Both the position numbers and the translations under genes were made by a program. Positions 56,395 through 64,000 of a stretch of 64,000 nt of DNA are shown here, piece by piece (position 1 is the stretch's first letter; every line of letters starts with the position of its first letter). Below the pieces are notes generated by a model, which saw only the letters and a program-made list of their open reading frames with translations, searched no databases and was not told where the DNA came from. This DNA comes from Candidatus Omnitrophota bacterium. Its GTDB lineage: Bacteria; Omnitrophota; Omnitrophia; Omnitrophales; Aquincolibacteriaceae. The stretch is taken from NCBI GenBank assembly GCA_035352955.1, contig DAOPYQ010000006.1, forward strand, positions 26,456-90,455, written 5' to 3'.

Positions 56395-57975
56395 ATGTTT
56401 TTGCGCGGTCCTTTTAGAAAGTCAAAAAATGCGCCTAACAAAAAATTTTTACTAGCCTTTTTAAGTCTTTTCTTCTGTCTTTATTTTGTTCCGCTCGCTA
56501 CAGCCGAAGTCGTTATCCCGCAGGACCTTGCTATGGTCCGTGACCGCTCCGAAGGAAAAAACGGCAAGTCCATCGTTGTTGTCGAAGAAGCTCACGTCCA
56601 ATATGCGGCGCAGAAGGCGCTTGCGAACCTTCTTCAGGATCTCGTCGAGAACGGATCGTTCCGGTATGTTTTCGTGGAAGGAGGGTGGGGGAACGTCTCC
56701 CTTGCCAAACTCCGTTCCCTGACGGACCTTTCCCGTCGAGGGGAGATCGCGGAGCGGTATTTACGCGAAGGGAAGATCTCCGGTGAGGAATACCTGGACC
56801 TTTCGACAGATCTTGATATGCATCTTTGGGGTGTCGAAGATCCCAAGCTTTACGAAGCCAACATGAAAGTTTTTCTGTCCATTTCCGAAGCGCAGCCCGG
56901 TCTTCTTGCCGCAGTCGGAACCCTTGAGACCGAAACGAAGGCGCTGCGCACCGGGTTGTTGACCCCCGCCATGAACGAGGTCCTTGATAAGCGGCAGGCC
57001 TTGGACGACCAGAAGATCACTCTTTTGGATTATGCCCTTTTCCTTAGCAAAGCGTTGCCCGACGAGGGCGTGCGTTATCCGCATCTTGTGCAGCTTGCGA
57101 CTCTCTCCGGGGGGAACGGTTTTTATGATCCGGACAAAGTCGCGTTTGAAAAAGAATCGGCGGTCCGATTCCTTTCCAATCGTTTGACGAAGCCGGAGCT
57201 TGAGGCGATCCTCGCGTTGGGCGGCGAGAAAACGGCGGAGCAAGGCGTTTGTTTTCTGGAGGCCCTTTTGGCAAAGACCGCTTCTTTCCCGGAGGCCCGC
57301 AAAGAACTTTCACTTCAGAACCTTCGGAGTTACCGGGACCTGCTTCAGAAGACCGTCGGCATGGATTCTTCCGTGCTTCAAGACGAGATCGAAAAAGCCG
57401 GCCGTGAGGTGCTGTTGTCTCTGAATCCTTCGCAGAAACAACAAGAATTTCTCGGCGTCCTTCAGGGGATCCGTTTCCTCAAAAAACTTTTCAATCTGAC
57501 CCTGGGTTTGAACGAGTTTCAACGCGCCTCCTCCCATGATTTTGAGTTCGATCTTGTGGCGTGGGACAGTTTTCTGAAAACGCAATGCGCGAAGAACAGT
57601 ATTCCTTACGTTTCTTTTGATGGCGCGGTGTTCGCCAAATACATTCCCGAAGCCAGGACTTTTTATGAAACGGCGATCGCCCGCGAGGCCGCCATGGTCA
57701 AGAACGCCGTCGTGCTGATCGAAGGGGCCGGGTTGCGGCGCGCCGTTTTCGTGATGGGAGGGTTTCACAGTCGCGCGATCTTCAAGGCTCTCAAGGAACG
57801 GGGCTACGGCGTGACCCTTGTCTCTCCGCGTTTCAATCCGGAAAATGATCAGACGGCTCACGATCAATACCTGAATGTTTTGAAATATAAATGGACGGGC
57901 AGGTCGGAATCCGCCGGTCCGGAACTGAAGTCCCAAAGCGCCAAGATCACCGGTTTAGATCCCAAACAAGTTTAA
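56395..57975 (+). CDS. Exported hypothetical protein. Weak resemblance to the TraB/GumN/TIKI family (C-terminal VFVMGGFHSRAIFKALKERGYGV).
   Basis: Signal peptide LLAFLSLFFCLYFVPLATA. N-terminal IVVVEEAHVQ and C-terminal GGFH motifs. RBS AAGGGGA. Confidence 0.5.
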   Translation: MFLRGPFRKSKNAPNKKFLLAFLSLFFCLYFVPLATAEVVIPQDLAMVRDRSEGKNGKSIVVVEEAHVQYAAQKALANLLQDLVENGSFRYVFVEGGWGNVSLAKLRSLTDLSRRGEIAERYLREGKISGEEYLDLSTDLDMHLWGVEDPKLYEANMKVFLSISEAQPGLLAAVGTLETETKALRTGLLTPAMNEVLDKRQALDDQKITLLDYALFLSKALPDEGVRYPHLVQLATLSGGNGFYDPDKVAFEKESAVRFLSNRLTKPELEAILALGGEKTAEQGVCFLEALLAKTASFPEARKELSLQNLRSYRDLLQKTVGMDSSVLQDEIEKAGREVLLSLNPSQKQQEFLGVLQGIRFLKKLFNLTLGLNEFQRASSHDFEFDLVAWDSFLKTQCAKNSIPYVSFDGAVFAKYIPEARTFYETAIAREAAMVKNAVVLIEGAGLRRAVFVMGGFHSRAIFKALKERGYGVTLVSPRFNPENDQTAHDQYLNVLKYKWTGRSESAGPELKSQSAKITGLDPKQV

Positions 57976-58003
57976 ATTAAAACCCAAAGGAGATTTTCAA
58001 ACA

Positions 58004-61000
58004 ATGAAACTCAACACACTCTTCACGAAAATCACAGCGCTGATCGTTTCGATCGGTCTTATGATCCCCACGCCGGCATATGCCGCGCGGCCGCTTTCTG
58101 CCGGGAACGCTTCGGGGGTCCGAGCCGAACTCCGCGACGCACTGATGGGGTCGCCCGCCGCGATTGGCGCCAGGCTTGTCGAACGCCACGAAAAGCGCGT
58201 GAGCGCCAAAGATATCACGGCGAATCTCAAGGACCTGAACCGCTGGACGAGTTTTGGTGATGAAGAAGAGTCGAAAGAGTTTTTCAATCTCGCGGAAGAC
58301 ACCCGCGCCATGATCAATACCTTTCGGACGCAGAACGCGGGGAAGGCTCATTCGTTTCTGGCGGATCTCTACAAAGTCATGATCGCGAAGATCGATGAGA
58401 ATGAAGCGAACCCCAATTTCAAGATCTGGACCAAGCCGCAAAATGAGGTTGAGGTCGAACTTTGGGCCGCGACGGGACAGATCTCGGGTCTTGTCCCCGG
58501 CGTTCCGATGGCGGACCTTTCCGGACGTAAATCCCAAGCCGAGATCGATGCGACCCTGGAAGGAAATCCCGAGATCACGGCGTACCAGCGTTTTGCCGAT
58601 GCCGGCGGTTCTTCGATCGATCTTCGCGGCTTGCAGAAATATCTCAACAAACTCGGCGTGATGTGGCTGGATGACATTACCTCAACCACGGTGATCTCGA
58701 GCCAATTCAAGGTGAACCTGAAACTTTCGAAGGCCGCGAGTGCGGATATTAACGAGTATGTGATGGTGAGCCGTAAGTTCAGTCAGAAGCTCGGGAAGAT
58801 CGTCGAGCAGGAAATGCGCGTGGTAGTGCGCAAAGACGCTAACGGCAATCTTGTGGATGCCGAAACAGGCAAGAGCATTTTTAACAAGAACGGCCAGATC
58901 TCCATGAAGTACGCCTTCGCCGACATGATGAACATGCTCGGGGTGTGGGGCGTGAAGGGGCGTTTCGAAACGGTGGACCCGATCTCCGAGGTCGGCGGTT
59001 TCGGCCGTTCCGGCGCGTCGCTTGCAATGTTCCTGGACGCGGCATCGATGCTGTCCGGTATTCCTTTGACCCGGGCCGACAAACAGGCCGAATTGATCTT
59101 TCTTGAGAACGAACGCTACGGCGGGCTCACGGGCGGTCAGGAGACCGGGTCGACGCTCAGCGGAAAGCCGGTGCAGTTCAGCTGGATGGAATTCGTTCGC
59201 GATCGCTTCGGGCGTTTTGTGTTTGGCGGCGGAACGACCCTCAACACTTCGCTTCATGATCCCGCGACGGGCATGAGTGAGGACGAGTATCTGAACGGAA
59301 CGGTGCTTGGCGCGCTGCGTATGGTCCAGCCCGGTCTGGAATTTGTCGCGAAGACCCATCAGGACGGAAGTCCTGTGCTTGATGCCGACGGGGACCCTGT
59401 CTACGGGCCCGCGGACACGCGCACGGCGGGTTTGATCAACACGGTCTGGACATGGCTTTTGGATCACGCGGAAGGTCTTTTGCTGCATCTTGAAAAGACC
59501 GGACTCGCGAACCAGTCTCTGTTCGGTCTGCGGAATGGCCTGCTGGATCTCACGATCCGGGCGTTGAACCGTCACCGTGTGGTGCGGAACCAGTTGGACC
59601 GTCTTTATTTACGGGTCACGCTCGGTTATATGCGGATGGATGAAGCGAAAAAAGCGGCGATGTTTCCGGCCGAACGCGGCATGCTCGACAAGTTCGTAGC
59701 GCTCGCGGAAGGCAAGAGCGGCGAGGATTCGCCGATCCTGAAAGCCTATATCGCGCGTTTCATCGAGGAATCCGGCGCCGGGAAACTTGCCGAAGGCCAG
59801 ACGATCGCGGAGAAGGTCCGCACGATGACGCAGGCGCAGGTGGACCAGGTCGCGAGCCACAGTCTTTATTCGCTGACGAGTGAAGCGTTCCTGAACGATT
59901 ATATTGTGGATTTCTGTAACAAGATCCAGCCTCGCAAGGACGGGAAGAGCTGGAAAACGACGGATAAGGATCTTCCGGTCGGCGCATTCCTCGTCGGCGC
60001 GGGTGGCCCCGGCACGAACATCGTTCTTGCGTTCAAAAATTCAGAGATCGCGGAACAGTTCGATGCCTATATGAAGAGCCGCGGCTTCCCGATGTTCGTC
60101 AACAAACCTCTGGGAGCGAACGGCGAGGTCGGTTATGAAAACGTGATCAAGACCCGGACCACGGGCGGCCTTCTTCGCGGGTTCATGAAAGTCGATACCG
60201 GCAAGCCGATGGAATACAAGAATTGGCCGGCGGCAAGCGTTCAAAAAGAAAAACCGGTGATAGGCATTTATGACCAGACGACGGGGACGTTGACCGTGTC
60301 GAATGAGGATTATCCGAAATTTGCTTATCTTCCGAGGGTCCGCCCTCAAACGGGGGCGCTGATCTCCGAAGAGCATGCGTCGGATCCTTATCGGGTCAGG
60401 AATGAACAGTATTACGATATTTTGGCAGAAACCGGACGCGAATTTGTAATCAATGGGAACCGTATCACGGTCGGAGAGATTAAGGGCGGCAAGGTCCGGT
60501 TGACATGGGGCGCAATGGCGTATGACTACGCGGCGGGGGAGGCCCTGCAGTATGGTCCGGCGCGTATTATTGTGAAGCAGGTTTTCAGCGATGTCGATGT
60601 CGGTAAAGTGTCGCGCGTGATCCTGTCGATCCAGGTGCATCCCGGACTTTCGTTGTTCGTCCAGAATGAAAACTCGGCGTTCAACGTTCAGGGCTCCGCT
60701 CGTGCTGAGAAGAGGGACCCGAACTTCGGGGGAAAAGAAACTTTGGAGGGTGCTACGTCTGCCGAGGTGATGGCGTTTTGGGAATCACTTAAATCGCGCC
60801 TGACTCGTGTTGAAAATGGGAAAGATTATTTTCCTAATTGGCCTGAAGGGAGAGGATTGGTCTTGGGGGCCGATCTCCCGGTTCATCTTGAGGAGTTCCT
60901 TCCGAGGGGTTCTACGCGTAGCCAATATGTCGAATCTTTTGAAGATGGAGACCTATTTTTCGAGGAGATGTCTGGAAAAGAAGGCTACTGGGATCTGACC

Positions 61001-63916
61001 GTTTCAAACGATGGAGGACGGTTGAATTTTACGATCAGACCCGGTGTGGCGGCGGTTCCGAACGTGACGCTCCGGGACAAGACCAATAATGATCCGAAGG
61101 GGATCGCGGACATTGTCTACAGCGTTCAGGCCGGGAAGATCACGTCAGAACCCCGGTTCTTTGATAACCTCTGGTTTCCGTCGTACAACGAGCAAGGGCT
61201 TGTGCGCCTCAGCATGGCGGCTAGTGAAATTACTGAGCCGATCCGTGCGGCGGTCCTCAAGGCTGCTGCGGAGTCGGGGTTGGCTGACGCCGATGTGCAC
61301 CTCGAGTTGTATGTGAAACGTCAAACCCGGAACGCTCCGGTGACGCTCAAGATATTTGTCCGTTCCGTTGCTGCCCGTCGTGAAATAAGGACGGTGGAAT
61401 ACGTCGAACCCGTTTCCGCGGAAGTGTTGCGTACGGAAGCGAGCATTGCGTCGGGGATCGCGTGGCTTCAGAAGAACGCCTACATCTTCGGCAAAGGGTT
61501 TGGTTACGATCTCCGGATCAATGATTCCCTGGCGGAAGCCCAGGCGGCCGTCGCGGCGTTTTATGATATCGGTCGGACCCTCGGCGGGACCGGTTACCTG
61601 AAACGCCTTGACCAGGAATCGCTCCGAGCGCTGGTCACGGCAGATCATCGGCCGGCGTCAGACGCCTTGCGTATGGCGACGATCCAGGGGCTTGCGGACG
61701 AAGGGATCCAGGTCGTAACGCAGGCGGACGGGACCGTGATCACGACGGGTCTTACTTCCCGGATGTCGTTAGAGGGAAATTTCGATCTCGGGATCCAGGA
61801 GACCGGCAGTCATAATCCTCCGGCAGGGAACGGCGCGAAGATCACGCTCCAGGGTGAGCCGCTGTATGGGCCCGCGCTCATGAAACTTTTTGAGGATACG
61901 GTCAATCGTCAAGGTTGGTCGAAGACGATCTCTCCCCGTGAAGTGACCAAGGATACCGGTATGATCCCGAATCACGTTGAGGGGCTTATCAAGGCAACGC
62001 CGCAGCTTAAGAATCCGCTCCCGATCATCGTGGATTATCGCGGAGGCGTGGCGTCGACGGTCTTTACGCCGCTGGCGCGTGCGAAGGGGTACGAGAACAC
62101 GATCTATCTGGACGCCGCGGAGGCGGATCTTCCGGACGCGGTTTTCGCGACGGACCGTCCCGTGATGGTCATTCTGAACGCGGAGCCCGCTCCCGATATG
62201 AAGCACGGAAGGTGGGATCCGAGCGTGGATGTGGCGTACGAGAACATCCAGAAGCTGCAGCGCAGGATCCAGGAGGATCCGCGTTTCAAGGCCCAAGCGG
62301 GATACCGTCCGTATGCCGGGGTGGTTTTTGACGGCGACGGCGACCGCGCGGGTTTTGCGAACGAGGACGGCGTGATCTTTGCGCCGGATCGCATGTTGAT
62401 CGCTTATTACGAAGCCTTCCTGAAACAGAACGTTGCGGGGATCCGTGCGCTCAACAAGCTCGGCCACACGGTCAAGATGGCGCTCGATGTCCGGGCGTCC
62501 GCGGTGATCGTTAGCGTGATCGAGAAGCTGCGTCAGGAGACCGGCGTTCGCGTGGCCGGAGAATTTATCGCGGCAGGTTATCCGAACCACCGCTCTTTTG
62601 TCAAAGAAGAATTGACGGACATTCAGGCCGTTTTGGCGGAGAAAGGCGATCAGTTGGACGCCGCGGAGCGTCAGGCCGTGGAGAAACTGATGCTGGGATA
62701 TGTTTCTGCGGAAGCGTCCGGGCATTTCTTTTTTAATGTGCTTGAGCCGGACCAGTTCCTGAAAAAGAAACTCGTCGTGGATGACGGCGTGGTCAGCGTG
62801 ATGCAGATGCTTGCCATTGCCGACCGCGGGCGTCAAACGATTCAGCAGATCGATGCCGGGATCCCGCTTCTGCCGGTCCTGCCCGTGGGCGAGCCGGATA
62901 TCCGTCTGAATAACGCTCCTTCCGACGTGACGAAGAAGCAGCTTTTGGGCGAGGAGATCGTCCGGGCGTTCGCTGAGGCGAATCCGGAGTTGATCCCGAT
63001 GACGGCCGGGGAATTGATGGCGAAGGTCGTGGCGGCGCGTGACAACCCGCCGAAACGGCAGAGTGCGGAAGAGCCGTTGCTTTTGGTCGACGGTGTCCGT
63101 CTGAAGCTGACGAACGGGACATGGTTCCTTATCCGCAAATCGAATACGTCGGCGTATTTGGTCAATAAAGCGGAAGCCAATACCGAAGCGCAGCGTCAGG
63201 CCTTGCTTGAAACCGGTGAGAAATTATTGGCCGCGATCGAGAAGGCGAAGATGACGCAACCCGATTACGCACCGTTGAGTACCGAGCATCTCAAGAAGAG
63301 CTTGGTCAAGCTCGGCGACACGATGCGTGCCGAGAAGCGGATCGCGGACACGCAGGCGACGGCGGTTGCTGCGCCGGCCGTTTCCGTGAATTTTGCCAAG
63401 GTGATTGGCGGGAAGGCGCTTATTCCCTCCAATATCGGAGAGGTTCGCGGGATGCTTACCGGTTCGGCCCAGGAAGCGTTGGTGCTGGACGGGGCCTTCC
63501 TTTTTGATGAAGAATTCGCGGCGCTTCCTCTCGTGCCGGCGCTTGCCGGGGGGAACCCGGTTGTGGCGATGACGCGGACCCGTGAGGAAAAACGCATGGT
63601 CGAGGATTTTAATGCGCAGTTGCCGGCCGGAGTATCGCCGATCCTGATCGCGAGCGGTCCGGAAGAACCCTTGCAGTTGCTGCGTGCGGAGATCACGCGT
63701 CGCGTTCGTCTCGGAATGATGAAGGCGGGAACAAGGATCCGCGCGATCGTGACGGCTTCGTCGAATGATGTAGCGCTCCTGAAGAAGCAGATCGGGGAGC
63801 AGGGGATCTTTATTGCGACGCAGGGATGGGTGGCGAAGATCGCGGAGCGGGCGGGTCTCACGGCCATGCTCCAGCGGTTCGTTGCGGAATTACGCGCGAT
63901 CTCGACCTCCGCGTAA
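58004..63916 (+). CDS. Giant (1970 aa) signal-peptide protein with an embedded alpha-D-phosphohexomutase (AlgC/ManB-type PMM/PGM) domain at about aa 1200-1780. About 1200 N-terminal residues are of unknown function.
   Basis: Signal peptide MKLNTLFTKITALIVSIGLMIPTPAYA. Phosphohexomutase signatures TGSHNPPAGNGAKI (phospho-Ser loop), FDGDGDRAGF (metal loop), AEASGHFFF (sugar-binding loop), DGVRLKLTNGTWFLIRKSNTSAYLVNKAEA (phosphate-binding domain 4). Terminator immediately downstream. Confidence 0.8.
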   Translation: MKLNTLFTKITALIVSIGLMIPTPAYAARPLSAGNASGVRAELRDALMGSPAAIGARLVERHEKRVSAKDITANLKDLNRWTSFGDEEESKEFFNLAEDTRAMINTFRTQNAGKAHSFLADLYKVMIAKIDENEANPNFKIWTKPQNEVEVELWAATGQISGLVPGVPMADLSGRKSQAEIDATLEGNPEITAYQRFADAGGSSIDLRGLQKYLNKLGVMWLDDITSTTVISSQFKVNLKLSKAASADINEYVMVSRKFSQKLGKIVEQEMRVVVRKDANGNLVDAETGKSIFNKNGQISMKYAFADMMNMLGVWGVKGRFETVDPISEVGGFGRSGASLAMFLDAASMLSGIPLTRADKQAELIFLENERYGGLTGGQETGSTLSGKPVQFSWMEFVRDRFGRFVFGGGTTLNTSLHDPATGMSEDEYLNGTVLGALRMVQPGLEFVAKTHQDGSPVLDADGDPVYGPADTRTAGLINTVWTWLLDHAEGLLLHLEKTGLANQSLFGLRNGLLDLTIRALNRHRVVRNQLDRLYLRVTLGYMRMDEAKKAAMFPAERGMLDKFVALAEGKSGEDSPILKAYIARFIEESGAGKLAEGQTIAEKVRTMTQAQVDQVASHSLYSLTSEAFLNDYIVDFCNKIQPRKDGKSWKTTDKDLPVGAFLVGAGGPGTNIVLAFKNSEIAEQFDAYMKSRGFPMFVNKPLGANGEVGYENVIKTRTTGGLLRGFMKVDTGKPMEYKNWPAASVQKEKPVIGIYDQTTGTLTVSNEDYPKFAYLPRVRPQTGALISEEHASDPYRVRNEQYYDILAETGREFVINGNRITVGEIKGGKVRLTWGAMAYDYAAGEALQYGPARIIVKQVFSDVDVGKVSRVILSIQVHPGLSLFVQNENSAFNVQGSARAEKRDPNFGGKETLEGATSAEVMAFWESLKSRLTRVENGKDYFPNWPEGRGLVLGADLPVHLEEFLPRGSTRSQYVESFEDGDLFFEEMSGKEGYWDLTVSNDGGRLNFTIRPGVAAVPNVTLRDKTNNDPKGIADIVYSVQAGKITSEPRFFDNLWFPSYNEQGLVRLSMAASEITEPIRAAVLKAAAESGLADADVHLELYVKRQTRNAPVTLKIFVRSVAARREIRTVEYVEPVSAEVLRTEASIASGIAWLQKNAYIFGKGFGYDLRINDSLAEAQAAVAAFYDIGRTLGGTGYLKRLDQESLRALVTADHRPASDALRMATIQGLADEGIQVVTQADGTVITTGLTSRMSLEGNFDLGIQETGSHNPPAGNGAKITLQGEPLYGPALMKLFEDTVNRQGWSKTISPREVTKDTGMIPNHVEGLIKATPQLKNPLPIIVDYRGGVASTVFTPLARAKGYENTIYLDAAEADLPDAVFATDRPVMVILNAEPAPDMKHGRWDPSVDVAYENIQKLQRRIQEDPRFKAQAGYRPYAGVVFDGDGDRAGFANEDGVIFAPDRMLIAYYEAFLKQNVAGIRALNKLGHTVKMALDVRASAVIVSVIEKLRQETGVRVAGEFIAAGYPNHRSFVKEELTDIQAVLAEKGDQLDAAERQAVEKLMLGYVSAEASGHFFFNVLEPDQFLKKKLVVDDGVVSVMQMLAIADRGRQTIQQIDAGIPLLPVLPVGEPDIRLNNAPSDVTKKQLLGEEIVRAFAEANPELIPMTAGELMAKVVAARDNPPKRQSAEEPLLLVDGVRLKLTNGTWFLIRKSNTSAYLVNKAEANTEAQRQALLETGEKLLAAIEKAKMTQPDYAPLSTEHLKKSLVKLGDTMRAEKRIADTQATAVAAPAVSVNFAKVIGGKALIPSNIGEVRGMLTGSAQEALVLDGAFLFDEEFAALPLVPALAGGNPVVAMTRTREEKRMVEDFNAQLPAGVSPILIASGPEEPLQLLRAEITRRVRLGMMKAGTRIRAIVTASSNDVALLKKQIGEQGIFIATQGWVAKIAERAGLTAMLQRFVAELRAISTSA

Positions 63917-63948
63917 GTTTTCCCGAAAGGGAAGAGGTCAGAAGAAAT

Positions 63949-63985
63949 GGGCAGGCCCGGTTTTCCGGGTCTGCCCGTTTTTTTT
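63949..63985 (+). terminator. Rho-independent terminator after the giant gene.
   Basis: GGCAGGCCCGG stem, ttttcc loop, CCGGGTCTGCC, then T8. Confidence 0.75.
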
Positions 63986-64000
63986 ACACAAAAACCGGAT

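Noticed and set aside
1-64000. Prophage, integron, defense island or other mobile element.
   Set aside because: There are no integrase, transposase, recombinase, phage structural, restriction-modification, toxin-antitoxin or nuclease/helicase defense-type ORFs. No tRNA that could serve as an attachment site was found.

Overview
This 64 kb window is high-GC (~58%) bacterial chromosomal DNA with dense coding on both strands and no rRNA, tRNA, CRISPR array or transposase/integrase gene. The arrangement looks like an environmental or uncultivated lineage, but the taxon cannot be assigned from sequence alone.

Recognisable content, left to right:
- A 5'-truncated CheB-like methylesterase followed by a hybrid REC-histidine kinase.
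- An MscS channel.
- A membrane-fused spermidine-synthase-like protein, translationally coupled to a small NapH-like CxxxCP membrane protein.
- An AmmeMemoRadiSam locus (fused AmrB-AmrA, AmrS) coupled to a CxxxC membrane protein.
- A B12-binding radical SAM / GT2 / SAM-methyltransferase cassette.
- A MarR-OMF-RND efflux operon with no periplasmic adaptor gene.
- An OmpR/HK two-component pair, followed by a PEGA-domain protein coupled to a processive QxxRW GT2 synthase.
- TerC, MerR and a membrane H+-pyrophosphatase.
- An APC permease-USP fusion, an HTH-less LacI-type domain protein, CdaA, and GlpK-GlpD.
- A complete MarR-TolC-EmrA-EmrB operon.
- A cobalamin-riboswitch-controlled salvage locus (BtuB-like receptor, CobU/T/S/C, BtuFCD, CobO).

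The most unusual element is at the 3' end. A 1970-aa signal-peptide-bearing protein carries an unmistakable AlgC/ManB-type phosphohexomutase domain inside about 1200 residues of unrecognisable sequence. A TraB/GumN-like exported protein sits immediately upstream.

Several structured non-coding elements are also described: nested inverted repeats in the hppA leader, a composite AT-rich palindrome inside the riboswitch, a heptamer tandem repeat inside cobO, a candidate sRNA, and a motif shared by the two marR promoters.
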